Assembly: GCA_964486045.1 (NCBI GenBank)
Contig: CAZALK010000005.1
Span: forward strand, 190,713-254,712
Source: an uncultured archaeon
Lineage (GTDB): Archaea; Asgardarchaeota; Lokiarchaeia; Sigyniarchaeales; SOKP01
DNA length: 64,000 nt
Reading direction: 5' to 3'
Shown here: piece after piece, positions 10,787 to 20,978 of the stretch
Numbering within the stretch: position 1 is the first letter of the stretch
Layout of the letters: each line of letters starts with the position of its first letter
The notes under the pieces: generated by a model
What the model saw: the letters and a program-made list of their open reading frames with translations, nothing else
Database searches by the model: none
Told to the model about the DNA's origin: nothing
Translations under genes and position numbers: made by a program

Positions 10787-12205
10787 ATGGGAAATAAAAT
10801 AGAATCTCTAAAGGAAAGTCTTCATCGAAGGTCATTTGGAGTTCATTTAACTTCGAGTGATATATTCTTGAAGTTTATCTTTCCTATAATAAAAGAAAAA
10901 TTATGGGACTATAGATGGATTGATCTATATGCCGGAGAAGGAAATTTGATCTTACCCATCCTGGATTCAATCCCCCCCGAAGATAGGGTGCGTTTTTTTA
11001 AAAACCACATTTACTTATCTGATATACAAGAGGAGATGCTGGAAAAATGTATTAAAAAAGCGGAGGTTTATGGTATTCCTAATGAAGTAGCTTCTAGTAA
11101 TATAAATCTACGAGATAATCTTGGAAGTTTTCCTGATTTTTTAAGAAATAGCCAACATCCGGTATTCCATATAACAAATCCACCATACCTCTACCTAGGA
11201 TATATTAGAAAACATAATGAAACTCAAAAATATTTAAAACTTTTTGAAGGAAGGAATGAGGGATATCAAGATTTATATCAAATCGCAATGATAAACGATT
11301 TAAAAAATGATGTTGACGACCTCATATATATTATCCCTTCGAATTTTTTGTTTGGTGCTTCTGTTTCTAATAAGTTCCGCAAAGATTTCTTAAAATTTTA
11401 TAAAATTAATCAAATGATAATATTCGAGACGAAGATATTCGAGTTTACAGGAACAAACATCTGTATTGGTTTTTTTGAAAAGAAAAGAATCCCTAAATCA
11501 GAGATTGCAAAATTTTATGGTGTTAAATTTAAAAAGCAAAATGAAGAAATAAAAAAAACATATATTCTTAAACCAAAATATAAATATCGTGCTGGTTCTG
11601 AATTCAACGAATTCCTTGAAGAAAGTCGAGTAAATACCCGATTGAATATTAACTATTATTTATTAAAGAAAGAATTAATGAATAATAAAGGAACTAATAA
11701 ATTAAGTGTGATAGATGCTAATAACTATAAAAATAGTAGTTATAATAGATTAAACATTCGAGTAAATGATAATTTAAAGAGCAAAATAGAATCTAATATA
11801 TTATATGTTCGAACAGTTGATACTGGTTCAATAGATGGCAGAGTTGGATTAGGAATAATTACAGAAGATTTTAATGTTAATGGTATATATGTATCTGGAA
11901 ATACATACAGAACTCATCCTATCCAAATATTTTTTGAACCTGAAATATCGCATAATAAGCAAATATTGTTGAAAAATTATTTCAATTTATTATTAGAATC
12001 GTTTAGGAAAAAGTTAGATAGTGAGTTTCTCACAACCTATAAATATTCTAAAGCGGAGTATACGAGAAAGTATCTTGGGTTAACTCAGGTCAGAAAACTA
12101 ATACAAACTTTCCCGTATAAAAAGTTGAATCAAAATTTTATAGAAAAATTGATTAAATATATTGATAAAAAAGACTTAGAGAGATTAAAAGAATTATTTT
12201 CTTAA
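10787..12205 (+). CDS. N6-adenine DNA methyltransferase (NPPY), no adjacent endonuclease
   Basis: DLYAGEGN (motif I), ITNPPY (motif IV), YIIPSNFL. Confidence 0.8.
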   Translation: MGNKIESLKESLHRRSFGVHLTSSDIFLKFIFPIIKEKLWDYRWIDLYAGEGNLILPILDSIPPEDRVRFFKNHIYLSDIQEEMLEKCIKKAEVYGIPNEVASSNINLRDNLGSFPDFLRNSQHPVFHITNPPYLYLGYIRKHNETQKYLKLFEGRNEGYQDLYQIAMINDLKNDVDDLIYIIPSNFLFGASVSNKFRKDFLKFYKINQMIIFETKIFEFTGTNICIGFFEKKRIPKSEIAKFYGVKFKKQNEEIKKTYILKPKYKYRAGSEFNEFLEESRVNTRLNINYYLLKKELMNNKGTNKLSVIDANNYKNSSYNRLNIRVNDNLKSKIESNILYVRTVDTGSIDGRVGLGIITEDFNVNGIYVSGNTYRTHPIQIFFEPEISHNKQILLKNYFNLLLESFRKKLDSEFLTTYKYSKAEYTRKYLGLTQVRKLIQTFPYKKLNQNFIEKLIKYIDKKDLERLKELFS

Positions 12206-13077
12206 AAACTTAAACTTGCGAGTAAGAATGTAAGTAACCCAAGAAAAGCCCCGATTTTTAGAAGTAAACTCACTTTTTTAAAATCTTTATTTACAAGATT
12301 ACGTCCTAGCATTAATATTATCGCAAATATAACTACAGCTAAACCAAAAACCATTGAAATTAAAAAAAGTAATTGGTTTATCACAGTAAAATATGGTAAA
12401 ATATAGAAAACCACGGCTACAACTGCAAATATCATAGATATCATTGTTGATTTTTTTATTCCAATCCGTATAGCCAGTGTTTTGACACCCTCTTCTTTAT
12501 CTCCTTCAACATCTTGGCATCCTTTAATAACTTCTCGAGAAAGAAGAAGGAAGAATGATGTTAAGAAGAAATAATATATATATGGAGGTATTCCTGAATT
12601 ATTTAAAATAGCTCCGTAGATTAGTCCAATAGAAAATGATATCCCCACAATTATATTTCCGATAAATCCACTTTTTTTTCCCCAAGCAGCGTATAGCCAC
12701 CCTATAAAAGCCATAAAAACAACTATAATAATATTTAGATATCCAATATTAAACAAAAGACTATGGAGGGTTGATAGAATAATCCCAATTAAAATAGTCG
12801 TTATCCATAAAATCTTTGCTTGACTTAAAGTTATTGAACCTCGGGGAATTGGCCTTTCTGGACGATTAATTTTATCAATTTCTACATCATAATAATCATT
12901 TATAACCATTGAAGAACCGGCAATAAAAAAATAGGTAAGAACACCAAAAATTATATTAAAAATAAATGTTAATAAATCAACCCCTATTCGAGTATTCAAA
13001 ATTCCAATAATAACCGTTAAACCTCCCATTAAATCATTAATGGGACGTAGTATTTCAATAGCATCAGTAAATTTCAT
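12202..13077 (-). CDS. Digeranylgeranylglyceryl phosphate synthase (UbiA family)
   Basis: NDYYDVEIDKINRPERPIPRG and REVIKGCQDVEGD; adjacent to GGGP synthase. Confidence 0.88.
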   Translation of the reverse strand: MKFTDAIEILRPINDLMGGLTVIIGILNTRIGVDLLTFIFNIIFGVLTYFFIAGSSMVINDYYDVEIDKINRPERPIPRGSITLSQAKILWITTILIGIILSTLHSLLFNIGYLNIIIVVFMAFIGWLYAAWGKKSGFIGNIIVGISFSIGLIYGAILNNSGIPPYIYYFFLTSFFLLLSREVIKGCQDVEGDKEEGVKTLAIRIGIKKSTMISMIFAVVAVVFYILPYFTVINQLLFLISMVFGLAVVIFAIILMLGRNLVNKDFKKVSLLLKIGAFLGLLTFLLASLSF

Positions 13078-13100
13078 AGTCAGTATCCACGCAAAATATT

Positions 13101-13919
13101 TTACAATTCAGAAAAATTTTTCTTCTGGATTTTTCCAGCTTTTTTAATTTCTTCAATTATTAATGTCAAAGAAGTTCCATTATCTTTTAGAATATAATTT
13201 TCGAGAAAAGTACCCATAACTATAATATCTGCTCCTGCTTCTACAAAAGCTCTTGCATCCTCTTTATTTTCGACACCACCCCCAGCAATTATTGGAATAT
13301 TTAGGATTCGTGAACATGTTGCTATATGCTCCGTAGGAATCTTTTCACTACCTGATCCTGCTTCTAAATAGACCATTTTAAATCCATACATTTCAGCAGC
13401 TAGAGCATATGCAGTTGTTAATTTAGGTTTGTTTCTCGGCAAGAGTTTCGCATTTCCTACCCACCCTGCGCTTGCTCCTGGTTCAATTATTAAATACGCC
13501 ATTGAAATATATTCTAAATTAATGCTTTTTATTGTAAAAGAGGCGAGAGCTTGTTGACCAACAATAAAGTAAGGATCTGAAGAATTCAATAGTGACATAA
13601 ACAAAATAGCATCGGCATGGTGAGAAATATTACTTGCTCCACCGGGAAAAATAATTACTGGCACATTTACTTTGCTTTTTACAGCTAAAACAGTTTTATC
13701 TACAAATCCTTGATTAAAGACAGTACTTCCGCCAATTAGTATCGCATCTGTACCTGCACCTTCAGCGAATTTAGCCATTTTTGCAGCTTTGTCTGGACTT
13801 TGTCTCATTGGATCTGGATCAATTAAAGAGAAATGTAAAGCACCTTCTCTATTTAATTTTTTAATGATATATTCATAGGTACTTTTTTCAATATACTCAT
13901 CAATCACCATATCAACCAT
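13101..13919 (-). CDS. Geranylgeranylglyceryl phosphate synthase
   Basis: HFSLIDPD, ILIGGS, IFPG, YLEAGSG and GGG motifs; start codon approximate. Confidence 0.9.
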   Translation of the reverse strand: MVDMVIDEYIEKSTYEYIIKKLNREGALHFSLIDPDPMRQSPDKAAKMAKFAEGAGTDAILIGGSTVFNQGFVDKTVLAVKSKVNVPVIIFPGGASNISHHADAILFMSLLNSSDPYFIVGQQALASFTIKSINLEYISMAYLIIEPGASAGWVGNAKLLPRNKPKLTTAYALAAEMYGFKMVYLEAGSGSEKIPTEHIATCSRILNIPIIAGGGVENKEDARAFVEAGADIIVMGTFLENYILKDNGTSLTLIIEEIKKAGKIQKKNFSEL

Positions 13920-13935
13920 ATTTTCCACCTTTAAT

Positions 13936-15333
13936 TCAAATTCCTTTTTTTTTAGAATTGACAATCATTTTTCTAATTTTATCATAAATTCCTATAACTT
14001 TTTCCTTCCATTCGGGAAATGTATCTAATCTATCAGGAAAATTTCTATAGAGTTTGGAAATTTCGTTCATTTTTATTCTGAGAAAATTTAAATCTAATAG
14101 TAAATTTGGGCGGGAAATTCCTTTAATTGCCTTTACTGCCATATTAACTAATGATAAGTTTAATCCCCCTTTAGAAGACATTTCTATAATTTCCTCTCCA
14201 CTTAATAAATCACGCTCTAAGCCAAAATTTAAATCATCATTAGAAAGGGTTTGAAGGACAATTCTTAATAAGTCTAATGCAGCAAATTCTGCACCAAAAC
14301 CAGTCATTACACGATGATTGTAACCCCACAACTCATTGATTGAATAATCACTCTTTTCAATAGCGTTTGTTGCTGAATTTGCGGCATAGAATCCTGCTCT
14401 CATTGAAGCATCAATCCCACCACCATGGAGTGGATTCACTTGACAAGCTGAATCCCCTATAAGTATAATTCCATTATCAGCACAAGACCATAATGGCCTT
14501 CGAACAGGAACAACTCCCCCACCCGAAGACAATATTTTATATTTTGAAGTTTTAATATATTCTTGAAAAACATTTTTGGTGTATAGTTCTTTTACTTTTC
14601 CTTTAAACTTCATAAAAGCTCCTAACCCAATATTTACTGAAGATTCATTCTTTGGAAAGTACCAGATATACCCTCCTGGAGCTTTTTCTTGATCAAGTAT
14701 AATTGAAATATACTCGGGATCTTGTACCTCAAGATCATTAGGGGAAAATTCCACAATCTCTCGATAGCATAAGATGCTATCTTCTCTTGAAAGATTTTTT
14801 TCGATTAATGAACTTTTTACTTGTTTTCGTAAAGGAGAATAAAATCCGCTTCCGTCAATTACTATTTTAGCTTTAAAATTCGTTTTTTCCCCATTTTCTA
14901 ATTTAACTTTTAATCCTGCAACAGTCCCATTTTCATAAATTAAATCCAATGCCATAGTTTTATCTAAAAACTGTTTTATGCCCACATCAACAGCTTCGTT
15001 AAGTAATCGCTGGCCAAATTCTAATCTATTAACGATATAACCAGCTTGCTTAGGATCAATTAAAGTAAGGCATTTCTTAAGATTTGGGGAGTACAATTTT
15101 GCACCCTTAATATGACATGATAATTCTGTTTCTCTTGGAGGGTTAATCTTTAAAAGCCCGAAAATTTCATTTCCTACAGCATCACCGCAGATTTTATTAC
15201 CAATTTGATCTCTTGGTTTACTGTCTATTAAACATACATCTAAACCTTTTTTTGCTGCGAATCTCGCAGCAGTGGCACCTCCAGTACCTGCTCCTACGAC
15301 AATGATATCAAAGGACTGCTTAATGTTTTCCAT
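13936..15333 (-). CDS. Digeranylgeranylglycerophospholipid reductase (geranylgeranyl reductase)
   Basis: VVGAGTGG, KICGDA, GYIWYFP and GDSACQVNPLHGGGI motifs. Confidence 0.9.
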   Translation of the reverse strand: MENIKQSFDIIVVGAGTGGATAARFAAKKGLDVCLIDSKPRDQIGNKICGDAVGNEIFGLLKINPPRETELSCHIKGAKLYSPNLKKCLTLIDPKQAGYIVNRLEFGQRLLNEAVDVGIKQFLDKTMALDLIYENGTVAGLKVKLENGEKTNFKAKIVIDGSGFYSPLRKQVKSSLIEKNLSREDSILCYREIVEFSPNDLEVQDPEYISIILDQEKAPGGYIWYFPKNESSVNIGLGAFMKFKGKVKELYTKNVFQEYIKTSKYKILSSGGGVVPVRRPLWSCADNGIILIGDSACQVNPLHGGGIDASMRAGFYAANSATNAIEKSDYSINELWGYNHRVMTGFGAEFAALDLLRIVLQTLSNDDLNFGLERDLLSGEEIIEMSSKGGLNLSLVNMAVKAIKGISRPNLLLDLNFLRIKMNEISKLYRNFPDRLDTFPEWKEKVIGIYDKIRKMIVNSKKKGI

Positions 15334-15401
15334 GATAACTGATTATAATTGTGTATTAAATTTGTTGGTGTTTTTTTTTGGGTTTAATAAATTAAAATTG
15401 A

Positions 15402-16148
15402 TTACATTAATGCTAGAAGATATATTATAAAAGTACTACCAATCGGAACAGTTAAATCATCATATGTACTTGGGGAAATTAATTCAATTATGGTTGCACT
15501 TCCACTAGTAATTAATGAATAGATTAAAATCGTTACAAATGATAATGTTTCTTGGACAGGAATTAGGAACCCAAACAGAAAAAATAAGAGAAAACATATT
15601 AGACTCGCCGTTATGAAAAATGTCAAAGAACCCTCTAATGTTCTTCTTGAATTCGTCCAAGGTAAACTTATATTAATTTTTCCCCAACTTTTGCCTATTA
15701 TTGAAGCTAAAGTATCTGAAACAATCATTATTAAAATCCCCGCGATTGGAAAATAAAAATTTTCAGGGGCGACAAGCCCAAAAATAAAAACTAGTAATGT
15801 AATTGAAAGACAGTAAAAAAAGGGACCTTGAAGAAAGGCTCGCTTTAATCCTTCTTCTTGTTCTTCTGATATTGCATTATATAAATCTTTTAGTGGCTTA
15901 ACCTTAGATTCTTTAGAACTAAAGTATACGAAAAGAGTAAGAGTACTCGCGATAATGCTTGGCCACAATGGCCAGAAATAAAAGGGGGAACTTAGAATTG
16001 ATAGTCCAGCAGATAAATGTATAGCTTTTCGTGCTGTAAATTTAGAAATTTTTTCTTTCTTATATAAAATTAAAGGAATAAAAATGGTCAAAATGACATA
16101 AAAGTATGTAATTCCAACAATTCCGAGGTCAGAGATAATCTTATTCAT
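15402..16148 (-). CDS. Phytol/dolichol (polyprenol) kinase family membrane protein
   Basis: ARKAIH, SDTLASIIG, RTLEGS and IELISPSTYDDLTVP motifs. Confidence 0.8.
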   Translation of the reverse strand: MNKIISDLGIVGITYFYVILTIFIPLILYKKEKISKFTARKAIHLSAGLSILSSPFYFWPLWPSIIASTLTLFVYFSSKESKVKPLKDLYNAISEEQEEGLKRAFLQGPFFYCLSITLLVFIFGLVAPENFYFPIAGILIMIVSDTLASIIGKSWGKINISLPWTNSRRTLEGSLTFFITASLICFLLFFLFGFLIPVQETLSFVTILIYSLITSGSATIIELISPSTYDDLTVPIGSTFIIYLLALM

Positions 16149-16244
16149 ATTATTAAACCAAAGAATTATTCGTGCCTTAAAGACTTTTTTCACATTCCTT
16201 TACTTGATTATAACGAATAATATGATCAAGAGTATGAATATTCA

Positions 16245-16490
16245 TTATAGGGATAAAGAAGGAACTTCATTATTCTTCCATTTCCTAACAACGGGATCTT
16301 TCCACCAATGTTTGGGAAGGTTTTCATAAACACCATATTTTTCTAACCCACTATTAAACGCGTTAATATTTGATTCAGGGGCTTGAATGTGATCTGTTTG
16401 AGGGTAAAAGTAAGCACCGAACCCACCTCCACGAGTTCCTAGATTGCGAACCATATGCCAGACTTCTCGTTCACATTTGATATAATCGAC
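16245..16490 (-). pseudogene. C-terminal remnant of a uroporphyrinogen-decarboxylase-like protein
   Basis: EREVWHMVRNLGTRGGGFG...APESNINAF resembles the URO-D-like C-terminus; the N-terminal part is missing. Confidence 0.5.
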
Positions 16491-16580
16491 TATAATTAAT
16501 TTAATACATTAAATAAAAAACATTATTATTGAATATCAAATTTCAACTCAAAAGAAGTAAATTAATTATAGATTCTATAT

Positions 16581-19280
16581 ATGAAAGAAAAAGATAATAT
16601 TGGAGAAACTATGACAAAAAAAGTATTTGGTTCGGGATATTTTGGTGAATGGGTTGAGGATGAATTTGGATTGCCTGCCTATCATTATACTTGTGATCAA
16701 ATTAATGATCCTAAAGCAATAACACCTATGAATGAAATTTGGCGTTCAAAAACAGACCATATTCATCTAGTTGGAAATGATCGCTTGGCGGGGGTGGCTT
16801 CAAACTATGGGTATATTCAAGTTCGTCAAGATGAAGGAAGTCCTAAATTTCTTAATGAATATGATCCAAAACATGGTCATTATGCGGGAGGTTTTGGTTA
16901 TCTAATTGATGGTAAAAATTTCCTTAATACATTCTATCCTGGGAATGGAGATAATTTTGATAGAATATTTGGGATTGGGTATTATAGAAAAAAAGTTTCT
17001 GGTATGGGTTTAAGCGCTGATCAAATTGTTTTTGCTCCTTATGGGGATGATCCAATTTTGATATCTCAAATAACAATTACAAATAGTAGAAATAAAGCAG
17101 TTAATCTACGATGGGTTGAGTATTGGGGATGTCAGATGTATCAATTTTCACCTGACGCATATCTTGTTGCTTTACAAAGCAAGAACGTGTCTCTTACAAG
17201 AGAATATAGATATCAATTCAGTAATAAATTTATTCATGATTTTCAAATGTTAAAGGAGGATATAGGGTTTTTAGAAACAAAATATTTTAAAAATCAAAGA
17301 GAGGAAAAACAAGAGTCTACATTAAAAGCAGTAATGAAAGATATGAATCCTCCGAAAACATTTCTTGTATCACTAGATGCTAATGCGGATGGCTTAAGTA
17401 CTAAAGCATCTAGTTTTTTCGGGATAGGAGGAGTAACATCCCCAGAGAGATTAATTGAACCTTTGAACTCAATTAATAACGAAGACGGTATTGAAAATGG
17501 GATGCTATTGGAACGAAAAATCTACTTAAATCCTAATGAGAGCCAGACTATTTATTTTGCATATGGATATATTACTCCTGAATTTAATATTGAGACACTG
17601 ATCAATAAGTATACCCAAAATTTTTCTGACCTTTGGGAAACTTCCTGTGAAAAATGGAAAGAAAATCGCATTTCATTAGAACTACCAGAGGAATCATGGG
17701 TAAATCGAGAATTATTATGGCATAACTATTATTTACGTGGATGTATGACTTATGATAGCTATTTCCAGGAGCACATTCTCTCACAAGGTCAGGTATATCA
17801 GTATATCATTGGTTTTCAAGGAGCTCTACGTGATCCGTTGCAACACGCCTTACCATTTATATATTGCGAGCCAAAAATAGTGAAAGAAATAATAAAGTAT
17901 GTATTAAAGACTACACTACCAGATGGTGAAATACCATATGGAATTGCAGGTAGTGGTATGATATTACCGGCTCCTTATAAACCATCTGATCAACAGATGT
18001 GGCTTTTATGGTTAGTAAGTGAATATGTACTTGTAACAAGAGATATAAAATTCTTAGATGAAGAATTACCTTGTTATCCCGTTTACGGCCCAAAAGTTCA
18101 AATCAAAAAGGTAAAGGATTTTTTATTGATATGTTATGATTATTTAACTGAAAATATTGGTACTGGGGAACACTCGCTTCAACGTATATTTAACGGTGAT
18201 TGGAATGATGGTGTTATATTAGGCCATTTTCCTAAAGAGACTCACGAAGATATTATAAGAAATGGTGAAAGTGTGTTAAATGCCGCAATGGCATCCTATA
18301 CACTCAAGATTTTCGGGGAATTATTAAGATATATTGGAGATTATGATAATTCAAGAAAAGCACTGGAATATGCTGATACCCAAATGAAAGCTGTGAAAGC
18401 CCAATGGATGGGAAAATGGTTTAAACGTGCCTGGCTTACAAAAGATATTGGTTGGAAAGGAATAGATCAACTTTGGCTTGAGCCTCAACCTTGGGCAATT
18501 ATTGGAGGTGCAGCTGATATAGAACAATCAAAAATCTTAGTAAAGTCGATAGACAAGTTAGTGCGCCAACCTTCTAAAATTGGAGCTAGACTTTTAAGTA
18601 AAGGGATGGAAGCAATAGAACGAGAGTTAGGGATGAGAGTAAACGGAGGGATATGGCCATCCATAAATGGAACGTTAATCTGGGCTTTATCCTTAATAGA
18701 TAATGAAATGGCATGGGAAGAGTGGAAGAAAAATTCTCTTGCTTATCATGCTGAGAATTACCCCGAAGTTTGGTATGGAATCTGGAGTGGTCCTGATGTT
18801 TATAATTCAAGTCTTTCTGAATTTCCTGGTCAAACTCATTTTACTAAAGAATTAATTAGTTGGAAAAAGAAAAAAGATGAACCAATTTTTGATGATACTC
18901 TGGGAGTGAATTGGACGGATTTTCCGGTAATGGATCTTCATCCTCATGCTTGGCCTTTATATAATACACTACACTTTATCGGTGCAAAATTCACGGTTGA
19001 AGGCGTAGAATTAACACCAGTTCTACCGAAAGATGAGTATGAATTTTCATCACCGATATTGGGATTAAAAAAATCTAAGCATGAATATTCAGGTTGGTAT
19101 TCACCATTAGTTGAAGGTACTTGGAAGATAACATTGAAGCTTAATCCTGTAGAAATCGGGAAAATAAGATCTTTGGAACTAAATGGCAAAAAAGAAGAAT
19201 TTGTGATTGACGGTGATAAAATCATTTGGAAAGGAAGAAGTGAAATAAACAATCCTTTAAGCTGGAAAATTGATATGTAA
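16581..19280 (+). CDS. GH94-like glycoside hydrolase/phosphorylase
   Basis: RDPLQH, GDWNDG, ESVLNAAM, LEPQPWAI and NGGIW motifs; 899 aa. Confidence 0.75.
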   Translation: MKEKDNIGETMTKKVFGSGYFGEWVEDEFGLPAYHYTCDQINDPKAITPMNEIWRSKTDHIHLVGNDRLAGVASNYGYIQVRQDEGSPKFLNEYDPKHGHYAGGFGYLIDGKNFLNTFYPGNGDNFDRIFGIGYYRKKVSGMGLSADQIVFAPYGDDPILISQITITNSRNKAVNLRWVEYWGCQMYQFSPDAYLVALQSKNVSLTREYRYQFSNKFIHDFQMLKEDIGFLETKYFKNQREEKQESTLKAVMKDMNPPKTFLVSLDANADGLSTKASSFFGIGGVTSPERLIEPLNSINNEDGIENGMLLERKIYLNPNESQTIYFAYGYITPEFNIETLINKYTQNFSDLWETSCEKWKENRISLELPEESWVNRELLWHNYYLRGCMTYDSYFQEHILSQGQVYQYIIGFQGALRDPLQHALPFIYCEPKIVKEIIKYVLKTTLPDGEIPYGIAGSGMILPAPYKPSDQQMWLLWLVSEYVLVTRDIKFLDEELPCYPVYGPKVQIKKVKDFLLICYDYLTENIGTGEHSLQRIFNGDWNDGVILGHFPKETHEDIIRNGESVLNAAMASYTLKIFGELLRYIGDYDNSRKALEYADTQMKAVKAQWMGKWFKRAWLTKDIGWKGIDQLWLEPQPWAIIGGAADIEQSKILVKSIDKLVRQPSKIGARLLSKGMEAIERELGMRVNGGIWPSINGTLIWALSLIDNEMAWEEWKKNSLAYHAENYPEVWYGIWSGPDVYNSSLSEFPGQTHFTKELISWKKKKDEPIFDDTLGVNWTDFPVMDLHPHAWPLYNTLHFIGAKFTVEGVELTPVLPKDEYEFSSPILGLKKSKHEYSGWYSPLVEGTWKITLKLNPVEIGKIRSLELNGKKEEFVIDGDKIIWKGRSEINNPLSWKIDM

Positions 19281-19512
19281 CTTAATAAATATTATGGTAT
19301 AATGATATAATGGATTCAATCTAGAAAGTTACATTTTTGCAGATTTTCTTTATTCTTAATTCTAGCTGTTTTTTACAGTATAGAACAAAATCTTATTTTA
19401 TCAGTATTTTAACTCTTAATGAATTGAAATAAAGTTTTCACCAAAAACCAAAAAAAAAAAATAAATAATAAAATAAATCTATTTGAAAAAATTACTTATT
19501 CAAATTAATCTA

Positions 19513-19938
19513 TTATTCTAAGAGATCGGCACCAAGTTCTGTAGCGAGTCCTTGAATCTCTCCATAAGCAATTGCATCCTGGAGATTTCCTTCAATGACA
19601 AGATCTCCGGACATATATGCGCTGGTACCATCAACCTCTCCTGAAGTAATGCCAGCGAATGTAGCTTGTGATGCTTTCATAGTAACAGTTGCGCCATCAT
19701 TTTCTCCTTCACCATAATCTACAGAACCTTCACCGAATTTAGTCCAAAATTTATAATCTATATCAGTTACCACAATTTGGACAAGAATTGTATCAATATC
19801 TTCCAGTTCTTCTTTAAATTCCTCATTTTCAGCTGCAAGTTGTTTAGCGAATTCATAAATTTTTAAGGCATCAGAAGGTTGGCTTTGGCCTTTTTCCCTC
19901 AATGTCTTTAATTCCTTAATCAAATTTTCGTCAACCAT
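19513..19938 (-). CDS. SCP2 sterol-carrier domain protein (copy 1)
   Basis: GEVDGTSAYMSGDLVIEGNLQDAI motif; 141 aa from ATG 19938. Confidence 0.85.
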   Translation of the reverse strand: MVDENLIKELKTLREKGQSQPSDALKIYEFAKQLAAENEEFKEELEDIDTILVQIVVTDIDYKFWTKFGEGSVDYGEGENDGATVTMKASQATFAGITSGEVDGTSAYMSGDLVIEGNLQDAIAYGEIQGLATELGADLLE

Positions 19939-20410
19939 TTTAATTATCAACCTATTTTTTTTTAAAACCAAAAAAAAATTTATAGTTAAAATATGCAATG
20001 TCATTTACTTTTAAAGTTTTATTTTAATTCTAAGATCTAGGTATAATAACAAGATTAACATTTGAGCAATTTTATAAATTATCTCATCTCAAGCAATAAC
20101 CGTTGTTATAAGTCTTCCCACCCAAACTCTCATAGCACTTGATAACCCGGAGAACCAATTAAAATGGCCTATTGAGTACCAATAAAGATCAGAATTACTC
20201 GAGCCAAAAGCTAAAACTCCGTTTGGTTAATGTGAGTTAATTTTCCACTTATCCACTAGATTATCTAATTTATGCCATTAAATTCTAAAATCGTTAAAAT
20301 AACTAATCTTAAAAGATTAAATACAGAATTTCCTTAACTTTAAATATGATTTTAATAGAATAAATTAAAAAAAAAGTAAATTATAAAATATATTTCAGTT
20401 GAGAAAATTC

Positions 20411-20836
20411 TTATTTAAGAAGATCTGCACCTAATTCCATGGCGAATGAAAGGATTTCCCCATATGCGATAGCATCCTGTAGGTTCCCTTCAATGACAAG
20501 ATCTCCTGACATATATGCACTTGTAGAATCAATTTCTTGTGAACTCAATCCAGCCCAAGTTGCTTGATTTGCCTTCATAGTGACACTCGCTTCATCACTT
20601 GGTCCTTCACCGTAATTTACTGCTCCTTCACCAAATTTTACCCAAAATTTATAATCTATATCTGTTATTTCTTGCTGGACAACTATTGTATCAATATCTT
20701 CAAGTTCTTCCTTTAATTCTTCATTTTCGGCACCGAGTTGCTTAATGAATTCATACAATTTAAGAGCATCAGAGGGGTTGGTTGAAGTCTTCCCTCTCGA
20801 TTCTTTTATTTCTTTTATTAAATTTGCGTCAACCAT
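20411..20836 (-). CDS. SCP2 sterol-carrier domain protein (copy 2)
   Basis: Same length and motif as copy 1; tandem paralog. Confidence 0.85.
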   Translation of the reverse strand: MVDANLIKEIKESRGKTSTNPSDALKLYEFIKQLGAENEELKEELEDIDTIVVQQEITDIDYKFWVKFGEGAVNYGEGPSDEASVTMKANQATWAGLSSQEIDSTSAYMSGDLVIEGNLQDAIAYGEILSFAMELGADLLK

Positions 20837-20978
20837 TTTAATTATCAGTTTATTTTTTTTTAACTGTAAAAATATTTAGTTATAGAATGCAATGTCATTT
20901 ACTTTTAAAATTTTATTTTATATCAAACAAATCGGTATAATAAACAAGATTAACATATGAGTAATTCTATTAATAATC

